64,000 nucleotides of DNA from a candidate division Kazan bacterium RIFCSPHIGHO2_01_FULL_44_14 (GCA_001771185.1 METB01000001.1:186631-250630); one strand, 5' to 3'; shown: positions 17,994 to 27,512, counted from the first letter of the stretch. Notes: generated from the sequence alone by a model not told the origin. A program made the numbers and translations.

Positions 17994-18719
17994 CTAGCCT
18001 TTTCGAGCAATTACCAAAATACTGCTCCCCCATGGGAAATGCCCACCATCAACCAAATAATCGGCTTCAATCCGACTGAGATTAATTAACACTTTGTCCA
18101 TCCGGGAAGTAGTTGCGATGTAAGAAGTTTTTGGTTTGGTACCTTTAGTAAATAATCTAACCAGTACCACCACCGGAAAAGTAAAGAAGAAAAATGGCGA
18201 AATAAATTGGATTGTAAAACCGGCCTTTCGAAATTTAGTTTTCAACTCACCAACCGAATAACGCCGATAATGGTGCAAGGCCTGATCGTGAGCTGACCAT
18301 AACCATTGATACGCTGGCACAGTTATCATCAAGTATCCACCCAACTTGATGGCCTGCCACCAAGATTTTAACGCGGTTTCGTCTTCTTCGATATGTTCTA
18401 AAACATCAAATGCTGTCACCAAATCAAATTGGTCGGGTAATTCTAGATTTGTACCATCAATTTGAACCAAAGTGTCATAGGCCCGTTGCTGTCGACAATA
18501 ATTTAACGCCTCGGGGCTAGAATCAACTCCAGTCACTTTCCCCCATTCCTTCAACCACCAGTAATTAATGCCGGTGCCACAACCAATATCCAATACCTGC
18601 TTATTATCTTGAGGTGGTAGCCATTTAGCCAGCACTCGACGCAAAATTTCCCGTCGACCAATATGCCACCAGTAGTTCTGCTCCTGTTTGTGCATCTGCT
18701 CGTATTCGGCCAGTTCCAT
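17994..18719 (-). CDS. Class I SAM-dependent methyltransferase.
   Basis: Motif I VLDIGCGTGINYWWL and a post-I acidic residue (VTGVDSS). Confidence 0.75.
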   Translation of the reverse strand: MELAEYEQMHKQEQNYWWHIGRREILRRVLAKWLPPQDNKQVLDIGCGTGINYWWLKEWGKVTGVDSSPEALNYCRQQRAYDTLVQIDGTNLELPDQFDLVTAFDVLEHIEEDETALKSWWQAIKLGGYLMITVPAYQWLWSAHDQALHHYRRYSVGELKTKFRKAGFTIQFISPFFFFTFPVVVLVRLFTKGTKPKTSYIATTSRMDKVLINLSRIEADYLVDGGHFPWGSSILVIARKG

Positions 18720-18779
18720 AATCTAATTATACCTGGCTCCCCTTTTTGGGTATAATAAGTCCGTTGTAGACCAGTAAAT

Positions 18780-18935
18780 TCGGTCAGGTAGCGCAGTTGA
18801 AATGGTTGTGGCTTAGGGTCGGGGGCGCCTGCCTGCCGGTAGGCAGGTAGCGCATCCGCCAGCTGGCGGAGGTAGCGCGGTCCGACGCTTCGGTCGGACA
18901 GGTCGAGTTCATTGAATATAGATTGGTTGGTTTTG
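18780..18935. repeat. Degenerate tRNA-like sequence interleaved with three short palindromes (CTGCCGGTAGGCAG, CCGCCAGCTGGCGG, CGGTCCGACGCTTCGGTCGGAC).
   Basis: It starts like tRNA-Pro (GGTCAGGTAGCGCAGTTG) but has no T-arm. GGTAGCGC occurs three times, each followed by a different palindrome. Confidence 0.4.
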
Positions 18936-18937
18936 GT

Positions 18938-19013
18938 CGGGGCGTAGCGCAGTTGGTAGCGCGCCTCGTTTGGGACGAGGAGGTCGCAGGTTCGAATCCT
19001 GTCGCCCCGACCA
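18938..19013 (+). tRNA. tRNA-Pro (anticodon TGG).
   Basis: CGGGGCGTAGCGCAGTTGGTAGCGCGCCTCGTTTGGGACGAGGAGGTCGCAGGTTCGAATCCTGTCGCCCCGACCA. The cloverleaf closes and CCA is encoded. Confidence 0.9.
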
Positions 19014-19211
19014 GAACCAATCAGCCAAAGAATCCTGCCTGCCCACTAACGTGGGGTCGAATAGGTCGTTCTGCCGTACGGCAGAATCGCCCTGACCAAA
19101 AATTAAAAGTTTCATCCAAATAAACCCGGTCTTGCCTAGACCGGACAATTTCGCTACAGTGGGTGCGGGTTTTTAACCCGTACTTTAACATGTTCAAGGA
19201 GTTGATGCCAA

Positions 19212-20018
19212 GTGAAAGAAGAGACAAGAGGAACATCAGAATTGTCAGACGAAAGTGGCGACGAAACAAAGGCAGTCCTCCGTAGGACACCAGAAAACAA
19301 AGAGGATGACCTCCGGACAGCCCTCCGCGAAGCATTGATGTCGGACCCACCTAGGAAGGTGCTAATCATTGGCACGATGAAAAACAAAAAATCGTGCCCG
19401 AGTCCAGAGGGTGTACGGTTCATGGACGAGAAATCGCTAGCAACAGCAAAAACCCTCCCAACGTCGTTCGAGGTATTGGTATTTTTGACGTCAATTAATC
19501 ACAAATCTACGTTCAAGATGCAGGAGAATATTCCCGAGGGAGTCAAAGTATTCTCTCTAGTGTCCGGCAATCAATTACGAAGTGTCCTGAAAAATTTAGG
19601 GTACAAAAGCCCGGTACTAGAAGCAATCACACCAACTCAACAATTTTCTGTTCCGCCAAAAACACCAGCACTTGCGCAGCCTAAATTGCAACAATTCGGC
19701 GAAAAACGAATTCGCGCCACCGTCAATGCTAATCCAATTTGCAACGATCTGGCAATCGAACAAGCCATCGAGTTCATCTTGGATTGTATTAACAGGCTCG
19801 GTGGCAAAGCTAACCCGAAAGTGGTTCGCGATGTGATCGAAACGCTTCGAGCCAACGCAGATACCACCACATTGGCCAAAGCACTTGATGCCGACCAAGA
19901 GTTAGAAGAATGTTTTAGATTATTGGATAAAGCTGTTGGTCAAATCAAGCGTCGCTTCCGCGAGATCGTAACTGAACGTAACGGATTTAAGCGTAAGCTC
20001 TTTCGTGTTTCTGATTGA
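19212..20018 (+). CDS. Hypothetical protein (268 aa) with an acidic N-terminus; no recognisable domain. It lies directly downstream of tRNA-Pro.
   Basis: A long ORF with an upstream AAGGAG and a strong terminator after it. Confidence 0.45.
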   Translation: MKEETRGTSELSDESGDETKAVLRRTPENKEDDLRTALREALMSDPPRKVLIIGTMKNKKSCPSPEGVRFMDEKSLATAKTLPTSFEVLVFLTSINHKSTFKMQENIPEGVKVFSLVSGNQLRSVLKNLGYKSPVLEAITPTQQFSVPPKTPALAQPKLQQFGEKRIRATVNANPICNDLAIEQAIEFILDCINRLGGKANPKVVRDVIETLRANADTTTLAKALDADQELEECFRLLDKAVGQIKRRFREIVTERNGFKRKLFRVSD

Positions 20019-20027
20019 TTGCTCCTT

Positions 20028-20059
20028 AAAACGCCCCTGGCCAGGGGCGTTTTTCTTTT
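20028..20059 (+). terminator. Rho-independent terminator.
   Basis: CGCCCCTGGCCAGGGGCG hairpin followed by TTTTTCTTTT. Confidence 0.8.
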
Positions 20060-20142
20060 ATTCAGACCTTACTTCCAACCTACCCCCACATCCAGATATC
20101 CTGTAAAATACTCTTGTCCCCACTACTTCCATAATTCCTCTC

Positions 20143-20252
20143 CCGTGTCATCCTGAACCCCTTCTCGTGTCATCCTGAACTTGTTTCAGGATCCCCGCCG
20201 GAGATGCTGAAATCCCTCGGCTGGTTCGGGACATCGTAAATTCAGCATGACG
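20143..20252. repeat. Hairpin repeat cluster (GTGTCATCCTGAAC x2 ... GTTTCAGGATCC ... GATGCTGAAATCCCTCGG...TTCAGCATGACG) just upstream of proS.
   Basis: Same family as 6153, 16683 and 17015. Its core also occurs inside argS at 25380-25510. Confidence 0.7.
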
Positions 20253-20262
20253 AATAAAAAAC

Positions 20263-21567
20263 ATGCGCTACACTCAATCTTTCCTCAAAACTTTCAAAGA
20301 TGCCCCGAAAGAGGCCGACCTAGTCAGTCACAAATATCTCTTGCGGGCTGGTTTCGTTACTCCCCTAGGCGCTGGCATCTATACTTACCTGCCAATGGGT
20401 TTTCGGGTAATGCGCAAAATTTACAATATTATCCAAGAAGAATTAAATAAAATCGGCGTAGAAGATATTTTGATGCCAGTCGTCCATCCGGCTCGGGTCT
20501 GGAAAGAAACCGGACGCTTCTTTGAGGTTGGCCCCGAACTCTGGAAAATTCAAAATCGAAGCGAAGAAGATTTTGTACTGGCAATGACTCACGAAGAAGT
20601 TATCACTGACGCGGCCAAAAAAATAATCCAGTCGTATAAAGATTTACCCAAATTGGTCGGTCAAATTCAGTTGAAGATTCGCGATGAAGCCAGACCGCGG
20701 GGTGGATTACTGCGATTGCGCGAATTTACAATGCAAGACGCTTATTCGTTTGATAAAGACGAACAAGAATTAGAGATGTCTTACCAAAAATTTATTGGCG
20801 CCTACAAAAAAATCTTCGACCGCGTTGGAGTTAAAACCGTCATCATCGAATCCGATACTGGTGCCATGGGTGGACTGGGGGCGCATGAATTTATGATGGT
20901 GGCTCCAACTGGAGAAGATTGGTTCATAGAAAGAACTTATGCAGACACCGGCAAAAAGGAGTATGTTAATGCGGAAAAAATTGGCGCCACCAAGGACATG
21001 CCTCTTGAACAGATTGAACAATTGGCTGCTAACAATTGGCTAAAAAGCGACCAAGGGTCAACCATTGAGATAATTCAAAAGGGCATCGAAGTCGGCAACA
21101 TCTTTAAACTGGGAACCAAATATTCTATTCCTCAAAAACTGTATTATTCGGACGAGAATAATCAACTCAAACCCGTGATTATGGGCAGTTATGGGATTGG
21201 CCTGGATCGGCTAATCGCCTCAATCATTGAAGCCAGTCACGATGATAAAGGCATGCTCTGGCCCAAATCTGTCGCCCCCTACCAAGTTCACCTTATCCAC
21301 ATCGGAGATGATAGGAAAGTTTTGGATTTAGCCAATGAGTTATACGAAAAACTTTGGGAAGCCGAAGTGGAAGTTTTTTATGATGACCGAGAAGATGTTT
21401 CTGTCGGTGAAAAGTTCGCCGATGCCGATCTTATCGGGATTCCTTACCGATTGGTGGTGAGCGATAAAAATCAAGACCAGGTAGAGTTCAAAAAGAGAGG
21501 TGCTGCCAAATCAATTAGGATAGACAAAGACAAGATTGTGCAGTTCTTGCAGCACACCTCTGACTAA
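20263..21567 (+). CDS. proS: Prolyl-tRNA synthetase (short form without the editing insertion).
   Basis: Class II motifs plus GIEVGNIFKLGTKYS and a C-terminal anticodon-binding domain; 434 aa. Confidence 0.9.
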   Translation: MRYTQSFLKTFKDAPKEADLVSHKYLLRAGFVTPLGAGIYTYLPMGFRVMRKIYNIIQEELNKIGVEDILMPVVHPARVWKETGRFFEVGPELWKIQNRSEEDFVLAMTHEEVITDAAKKIIQSYKDLPKLVGQIQLKIRDEARPRGGLLRLREFTMQDAYSFDKDEQELEMSYQKFIGAYKKIFDRVGVKTVIIESDTGAMGGLGAHEFMMVAPTGEDWFIERTYADTGKKEYVNAEKIGATKDMPLEQIEQLAANNWLKSDQGSTIEIIQKGIEVGNIFKLGTKYSIPQKLYYSDENNQLKPVIMGSYGIGLDRLIASIIEASHDDKGMLWPKSVAPYQVHLIHIGDDRKVLDLANELYEKLWEAEVEVFYDDREDVSVGEKFADADLIGIPYRLVVSDKNQDQVEFKKRGAAKSIRIDKDKIVQFLQHTSD

Positions 21568-21643
21568 TTTATCCCCATAAGTCAACATGCCCGATTGTCC
21601 GATAAACGGGGATTTTACTGTCCCAGAGTATCTTATTGTCCAT

Positions 21644-21672
21644 TGACAATCCGGACGATATGTGGTATAATG
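21644..21672 (+). promoter_or_regulatory. Near-perfect sigma70-type promoter (TTGACA, 17-bp spacer, TATAAT) upstream of the WxL-like gene.
   Basis: TTGACAATCCGGACGATATGTGGTATAAT read directly; an AAAGGA RBS lies before the ATG at 21707. Confidence 0.6.
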
Positions 21673-21706
21673 AAAGGAAAGTCGAAATAAAACCAAAACC
21701 AAAAGG

Positions 21707-22327
21707 ATGGAAGTCAAAGCCCACAAACTAATAGGGAGAGAGGTTGAAAAAGCCCGCCAAACTCTGGTGATGGGCGTAGTTTTGTTTGTCTTAGTAACCA
21801 TGTCAACTAGCGTTTTTCAAAGTGTGATGGCCGCTAACTCTGGTGCCACTACTGTTTCAATAAATGTTGACGCAGGTACACTTGACATCACCCAAGTCCC
21901 TTCTACTCTCAATTTTGGCAATGGCGTTCCTGGCGCTAACATCACCGGTAATACTGGCGCTACTTCTGGCAACGCCATTATTGTTAGCGACAGTCGGGGC
22001 ATAGAACCGGGCTGGACTTTGAAAAGTTATTTCAACGCCGATTGGAACGACGGATTTGGTACTACTATGACCATAGCTTCCAAAATGTATTGGTATGCCA
22101 ACAATATCAAAGTCAATAATAATGTCGGCACGGACGGTGATGTCCAGACCGGTGAAAATAATACATTCGCTGGAACTGGTTCAGACAATTCTCTGACTAT
22201 GGCCATTGCCGCCTCGGGAAATGGTGCTGGTATCTTTGACATCTACAACTTAAAGATGGAGTATGATATTCCGATTGATGCCACTCCCACCAGTTATACT
22301 GCTACAATGATTGTCACGGTTGTATAA
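21707..22327 (+). CDS. Secreted WxL-like surface protein (small).
   Basis: Signal anchor; VSDSRGIEPGWTLKSYF matches the V-D-RG-x3-GW-L core recalled from Firmicutes WxL domains. C-terminal beta-strand end ...KMEYDIPIDATPTSYTATMIVTVV is shared with 27808-28434 and 31641-34073. Confidence 0.55.
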   Translation: MEVKAHKLIGREVEKARQTLVMGVVLFVLVTMSTSVFQSVMAANSGATTVSINVDAGTLDITQVPSTLNFGNGVPGANITGNTGATSGNAIIVSDSRGIEPGWTLKSYFNADWNDGFGTTMTIASKMYWYANNIKVNNNVGTDGDVQTGENNTFAGTGSDNSLTMAIAASGNGAGIFDIYNLKMEYDIPIDATPTSYTATMIVTVV

Positions 22328-22436
22328 CAGCCCCAAGTTCTGGTCTCCTGCCCGCCTCAAAATCGGGTGTTTTTAGTTTAGCGCTTTAAAAAGTTTATAA
22401 TGAATCTGAATTATATTCGACTGGTTCTATCCATCA

Positions 22437-23831
22437 ATGAAATCTTTCTTTTGTAAAACAGTTGCTATCGTTATAATGCTAGTTCTCACACTGGCGTTAT
22501 CTTCCCTCCCCGCTTCGGCTATCGAAGTTGGGGGCATTGGAATTATTCCCGCCAATCCAGATCCAGCTAAGCCGTTAACCGTAAGCTGGTTTATTTATGA
22601 GTTTAACCCCGGTGCTACCATCAAAGATGCCGTGCTTTTACGGAACAATCGAAACGAAGAGTTAAAAGTTAAACTTGAGGCAGTCGATGGGAACATTGCT
22701 TCCGACGGTACTTTTGGTCTATTGGATGCCAAATCCTCCAGTGACCATGACATCGCGTCTTGGACCAAGCTGGAGACAACCGAGCTCACCCTTAAACCCC
22801 TGTCCAAGGTCACGGTACCCTTTACTATTACTATCCCCAAAGACGCCGAAGTCGGAGACCATATCGGAGGATTGGTTGTGTATCGAACAGATGATCGGCC
22901 TGACCAGGTTGCCCGCGCCGGCGGAGCACAGGTTAATATCTACACTCGAGTAGGAGCCAGAACCTATCTCACGGTTCTCGGCGATATCACCAGAGGGTTT
23001 AAGCTGATGAACCGCTACTTCTACGGGAGCGACAAAAAAATCGTTTTCCGTTTCCGAGCCAAGGATACTGGGAATGTACGAAATGCCCTAGAAGCCGATA
23101 TTAAGATATATAATCTCTTTGGCCTATTTGACGAGCAAGAAAAAATGGAGATTGGTCAGATTATGCCGGGGAAAGTTCTCTCAACCCGAGTTGTTTGGCC
23201 CGGTAAGGACCGCCCCCTGTTTGGACCATACCTTGCCATTATGAAGGTTCGTGATGCCTACGAACCTTTGAATCACAATGTCATTACCGCCACTCCGCCC
23301 AAAGAAATCACCACTTGGGTCGTTACTTTCTTTATTCCTTATATTGAAACCATCATCTTTGTATTACTGCTTTTCCTGGCTTGGTTTATTTACCAATTTG
23401 TAATCTGGCAACGATTAATCACCCTAGCTCGACAACCTCTAATTACTTATAAAATCAAAAAGGGCGATCATTTAGTAGATATTGCTAGTCACCGCCATGT
23501 TCCCTGGAAGTTAGTTGCCAAGATAAACGACATTCGACCGCCTTATGGTTTAGGCGCTATTAAACAAATATATATTCCTGACGCTAAGGGAGTAAAAATG
23601 ACTGACATCGCCATTCCTTCTTTCTTCACTTTTGTTAGTCGCCCTTTTGAAAAACTTCGCTTTAGAAAGCGAAATTACTACACTATCGTGATAGAGCGGG
23701 GCGATAAAAAGAAAGATGTTGAAAAATTTACCAAAATGACTTGGGTTGCTATCTCCAAGTATAATGGGCTAAGTCCCTCCTTCCGCCTAACCACGGGCAG
23801 AGAACTCAAAATCCCCCGTAATAAAAAATAA
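22437..23831 (+). CDS. DUF916/DUF3324-like cell-surface protein with a TM anchor and two C-terminal LysM-like repeats.
   Basis: Signal peptide, a beta-rich ectodomain (WFIYEFNPGATIKDAVLLRNNRNEELKV, ITIPKDAEVGDHIGGL), a TM helix (FFIPYIETIIFVLLLFLAWFIY), then YKIKKGDHLVDIA...KLVAKINDI (LysM-like) and a second TIVIERGDKKK..ELKIPR LysM-like unit. Paralogue of 28592-30007. Confidence 0.5.
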   Translation: MKSFFCKTVAIVIMLVLTLALSSLPASAIEVGGIGIIPANPDPAKPLTVSWFIYEFNPGATIKDAVLLRNNRNEELKVKLEAVDGNIASDGTFGLLDAKSSSDHDIASWTKLETTELTLKPLSKVTVPFTITIPKDAEVGDHIGGLVVYRTDDRPDQVARAGGAQVNIYTRVGARTYLTVLGDITRGFKLMNRYFYGSDKKIVFRFRAKDTGNVRNALEADIKIYNLFGLFDEQEKMEIGQIMPGKVLSTRVVWPGKDRPLFGPYLAIMKVRDAYEPLNHNVITATPPKEITTWVVTFFIPYIETIIFVLLLFLAWFIYQFVIWQRLITLARQPLITYKIKKGDHLVDIASHRHVPWKLVAKINDIRPPYGLGAIKQIYIPDAKGVKMTDIAIPSFFTFVSRPFEKLRFRKRNYYTIVIERGDKKKDVEKFTKMTWVAISKYNGLSPSFRLTTGRELKIPRNKK

Positions 23832-25808
23832 ATGCATCTATTAATTCAGATACAAAACCAGATCAAGCAGGCCATTACCAAAACCTGGCCAGATTTGTTG
23901 ATACCAATTATCGAGGTAACTCCGGCGCCCAATTCTGTTGGACAGCAGAACAATTTCGGTGACTATTCTTGCGCAGTGGCTCTTAATCTTGCTAAACAGT
24001 TACGAGCCAATCCGCTAGAGATTGCCGAACAACTAAAAAACGCTCTCGGTCAAGTTGAGTTGATTGCCGACACTACCGTAACCGCCCCCGGCTTTATTAA
24101 CTTCCATCTTGATTACCCCACTGTTGCCCAAATCATTCTTGCCCCCGCAACTCGCAACTCGCAACTTGCAACTCGTCCCCGCAACATTGTCATCGAACAC
24201 ACCTCTATCAATCCCAACAAAGCCGCGCATGTCGGACATTTGCGAAATGCCTGTTTAGGCGATTCGTTGGCACGGGTTTTGCGGACTCTTGGTCACCAAG
24301 TTGAAGTCCAAAATTACATTGACGATCTTGGACTGCAAGTCGCCGACAGCGTGGTGGCTTACGAAACTTTCGGCAAACTACCGGAAGGCGTTGCTTGGGA
24401 CAAATGGTTTTGGGAAGTTTACGCTAAAATTCAACCCAAATACGAAAGCCAACCAGAATTGATAGAACGGCGTGAGGCCATTCTTAAAGAAATGGAGCAG
24501 GGTCAAAATCAGACCGCTAAACGGATTGTTAAAGAAATGGTCTCGGCTCATCTGACCACTTTAAAACGATTCGGTATTGCCTACGACAATTTGGTTTATG
24601 AACATGACATTGTCGGTCATCACTTATGGGACAATGTTTTTACTGAACTAAAAAATAAACGACTAATCGTTCAACCCAAGTCCGGTAAGCACAAAGGGGC
24701 CTGGATCGTGAAATTTGGCACAACCGAAGATGAAGATAAAGTTCTAGTTCGAAGTAACAGTGTGCCAACCTATGTCGCCAAAGATCTGGCTTATGCCCTG
24801 TGGAAATTTGGACTGACTTCTACTCTGCCTGGCTATACCCGAAAGTTTTCTCAAGCCGATGAAGTGGTAAATGTAATTGATAATCGGCAGGCCTATCCTC
24901 AAGCCGTCATCAAACAAACCTTGTCCAAATTGGGTTATCAGTCGCAGGCCGATAACTATTTACATTTAAGTTACGGCGTAGTCAAATTGTCAGAGCGCGC
25001 CATGCAAACACTTGGCGAAACCACCACCGGCAAAACCACTTATTCCATGTCTGGTCGGGCTGGCATCGGTGTAATTGTGGACGACTTGTTTACTACCGTC
25101 ATGGAGGCGCAAATTAAAGCTCATCAAACAGAACCCCAAATTGCCGAACAAATAGCAGTGGGTTCGATTCGTTATTATATGCTTAAAACCCGGCCGGAAC
25201 GGGAAATTATTTTCGACTTCGATGAAGCCCTGAAAACTGACGGCAATACTGGAATTTATTTGCAATACGCCTACGCTCGCGCCAATAATATTCTAGCCAA
25301 GGTAGCCCCTTCCCTCGACGGACTCGGGACCTTGCTCACCCTCGGGGAATTAAATATTGTTCCCCCGACGAACGGAGGGGTCACCCCTCGTCATCCTGAA
25401 CTCTTATCCCCTGAGCTTGTCGAAGGGTCAGGATTTATCCCCTCTGTCATCCCGAGTGCAATCAAAGAATCTACTCTGTCTCCTCGTCATCCTGAATTTA
25501 TTTCAGGATCCAATACGAATAAAGCCATCTTCGATAATCTCAACCCGCAGGAAAAAAACTTAATCAAAGTTTTAACTGAATTTGATTTTAATTTATCTCT
25601 TTCGGCTGATGAATTAGACCCATCCAAACTTTGTGATTATGCCTATCAACTGGCCAATGCTTTCGCCAAATTCTATGAGACCAGCCCGGTGGTGGGGGCA
25701 AACACCGAAGCCCAAAAAGAGTTTAGAACCGGATTGGTCACAGTATATGCCAAAGTGCTATCAGAGGTTCTTTCACTACTAGGTATCCCTCAACTCGATC
25801 GGATTTAA
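23832..25808 (+). CDS. argS: Arginyl-tRNA synthetase carrying an in-frame insertion of about 55-60 aa derived from a repeat element.
   Basis: HVGH motif, DALR-type C-terminus (YAYQLANAFAKFYET); 658 aa against about 580 typical. The extra segment maps to 25330-25510. Confidence 0.9.
   Translation: MHLLIQIQNQIKQAITKTWPDLLIPIIEVTPAPNSVGQQNNFGDYSCAVALNLAKQLRANPLEIAEQLKNALGQVELIADTTVTAPGFINFHLDYPTVAQIILAPATRNSQLATRPRNIVIEHTSINPNKAAHVGHLRNACLGDSLARVLRTLGHQVEVQNYIDDLGLQVADSVVAYETFGKLPEGVAWDKWFWEVYAKIQPKYESQPELIERREAILKEMEQGQNQTAKRIVKEMVSAHLTTLKRFGIAYDNLVYEHDIVGHHLWDNVFTELKNKRLIVQPKSGKHKGAWIVKFGTTEDEDKVLVRSNSVPTYVAKDLAYALWKFGLTSTLPGYTRKFSQADEVVNVIDNRQAYPQAVIKQTLSKLGYQSQADNYLHLSYGVVKLSERAMQTLGETTTGKTTYSMSGRAGIGVIVDDLFTTVMEAQIKAHQTEPQIAEQIAVGSIRYYMLKTRPEREIIFDFDEALKTDGNTGIYLQYAYARANNILAKVAPSLDGLGTLLTLGELNIVPPTNGGVTPRHPELLSPELVEGSGFIPSVIPSAIKESTLSPRHPEFISGSNTNKAIFDNLNPQEKNLIKVLTEFDFNLSLSADELDPSKLCDYAYQLANAFAKFYETSPVVGANTEAQKEFRTGLVTVYAKVLSEVLSLLGIPQLDRI
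25330..25510 (+). repeat. In-frame repeat-element insertion inside argS (GGGACCTTGCTCACCCTCGGGGAA ... CGTCATCCTGAAC ... GGGTCAGGAT ... TGTCATCCCGAG ... CGTCATCCTGAATTTATTTCAGGATCC).
   Basis: The first 25 nt match the intergenic GGAACCTTGCTCACCCTTGGGGAAGC at 57818-57845. The GTCATCCTGAAC/GTTCAGGAT hairpins match 20143-20252. The stretch encodes ...GTLLTLGELNIVPPTNGGVTPRHPELLSPELVEGSGFIPSVIPSAIKESTLSPRHPEFISGS... where E. coli ArgRS has about 14 aa. Confidence 0.75.
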
Positions 25809-25853
25809 ATATTGCCATTACTTGGAATAAGATTGTGATAGCATAAAACCATC

Positions 25854-27392
25854 ATGCCAAAGCATGTCAAAACTCATCGAGCCAAGTTGGCCAGACCACA
25901 CTTTGGTTTACTAGAAGGCGGACTGGCAGTTTTGTTGTTCGCTTTTTGCACTCGCGCCTTATCTGACCCCGATTTTGGTTGGCATCTGCGTTCGGGAATG
26001 GATTTGTTGCGCAATCTAGCCATACCACGAGTTGATCCATATTCTTACACCGCTCCCACTTGGCCGTGGGTTAATCATGAATGGTTAGCTGATGGGATAA
26101 TGGCTGCCATTTACCAGACCCTGGGACCGCTGGCTCTCACCTTTTTGTTCGCACTGCTAATTGGCGGGGCCTTTATGTTGGCCGCTTCACTAACCAAGAT
26201 GGAGCTAAAATATAAACTCTTGGCCAGTTTCCTGGCAGTTCTGGCCGCTTTCCCAATCCTAGGGGTTCGGATGCAAATGATTACCTTGCTGGGGATGGCG
26301 ACGCTCTTGTGGCTACTCTATCGTTATCGGGATGGCCAACTCAAACACCTCTGGTGGGTCATCCCGCTGTTTTTGGTCTGGGCTAATTTGCACGGCGGAT
26401 TCATCATCGGCTTTGCCATTATAGCGGTTTGGTTGACTGGCGAAGGGGTTAAGTACCTCTTTGGACGAATTTGGCCCAAATTATATGCTCGACTCAAAAT
26501 AACTGAACCAGTATTCCGTCCGGTTCAGTTTGGACATTTGATTCTGGTTGGGCTTGGGTCGGCTTTGGCTACTTTAATCAACCCTTACGGTTGGGGACTC
26601 TATTACGATTTCTACAAACTATTTACCAATCCCCTCGCCATCAAAAGCATCTCCGAGTGGCAACCGGTAGTGCTAACTAATCTGACCGCCCAAAATTATG
26701 TCGTGTATGCATCCTTGCTGATTTTATTATTACTACTGACTTACCGCCGAATTGAACCGACTCGTTGGTTGTTAATAATAACCTTCTTTTGTATCTCGCT
26801 ATTGTACTGGCGCAATTTGCCGTTCTTTATGGTTATTAGTGTTGGGTTTTTGGCGGAAATCATTTACGAACACACTCATATTGTATTTGAGCAAACTTTT
26901 AAAAATCGGTGGGTAATTTTGATTACGGTTGGGCTAGTGATTATGGCTGTCTCACAACGAATGCTAAATGTAATCCCTCAAACTTTGGACCTGACTAATA
27001 CATTTCGGGCTGGCGGTTATCCAATTGACGCTATTAATTGGGCAAAAAAAAATCCAGACAAAATTGGGACCAAAATGTTTAACAATTACGGTCATGGTGG
27101 GTTTTTAATTTGGCAATTTCCAGAACAAAAGGTCTTCATTGATGGTCGAATGCCGTATTGGACTAATCAAGATAACCGATTACTGTTTGCTGACGAACAA
27201 CAGTCAATGTCAGCTCAACCTGGTAGTATTGAGTTTATGGCTCGTTATTATGGGGTCGACTGGGTCATCGCCCCAGTCGGTCGACCGCTGGATTTGGCCT
27301 TGAGCGGCCAAACCGCCTGGGTTCCCGTCTATCGAGACCGGGTCACTGCCATTTATCGCCAGAAATCGACTCCGACAGCAATTGCCCCTTAG
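25854..27392 (+). CDS. Large polytopic membrane protein, putative GT-C-fold glycosyltransferase (ArnT/PMT-like); paralogue of 30014-31528.
   Basis: About 11 TM helices, a DPDFGWHLRSG acidic motif in the first extracytoplasmic loop, and a conserved C-terminal soluble domain (GGFLIWQFPEQKVFIDGRMPYW). Function is inferred from topology and the DxD-like motif only. Confidence 0.4.
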   Translation: MPKHVKTHRAKLARPHFGLLEGGLAVLLFAFCTRALSDPDFGWHLRSGMDLLRNLAIPRVDPYSYTAPTWPWVNHEWLADGIMAAIYQTLGPLALTFLFALLIGGAFMLAASLTKMELKYKLLASFLAVLAAFPILGVRMQMITLLGMATLLWLLYRYRDGQLKHLWWVIPLFLVWANLHGGFIIGFAIIAVWLTGEGVKYLFGRIWPKLYARLKITEPVFRPVQFGHLILVGLGSALATLINPYGWGLYYDFYKLFTNPLAIKSISEWQPVVLTNLTAQNYVVYASLLILLLLLTYRRIEPTRWLLIITFFCISLLYWRNLPFFMVISVGFLAEIIYEHTHIVFEQTFKNRWVILITVGLVIMAVSQRMLNVIPQTLDLTNTFRAGGYPIDAINWAKKNPDKIGTKMFNNYGHGGFLIWQFPEQKVFIDGRMPYWTNQDNRLLFADEQQSMSAQPGSIEFMARYYGVDWVIAPVGRPLDLALSGQTAWVPVYRDRVTAIYRQKSTPTAIAP

Positions 27393-27483
27393 CTGGTCTT
27401 TATCTGGATTAATGGCCAATATCCGGCTTCCAGAGCCAAGTGTTTGACTATCTGTAGAACCATATTTTGATGCAAAAAACTAT

Positions 27484-27512
27484 TGACAGGCCCCAGGATA
27501 TATGCTACAATG
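27484..27512 (+). promoter_or_regulatory. Sigma70-like promoter (TTGACA, 17-bp spacer, TACAAT); a second candidate TTGCAT-17-TATATT lies at 27750-27778, upstream of the second WxL-like gene.
   Basis: TTGACAGGCCCCAGGATATATGCTACAAT read directly. Confidence 0.5.
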
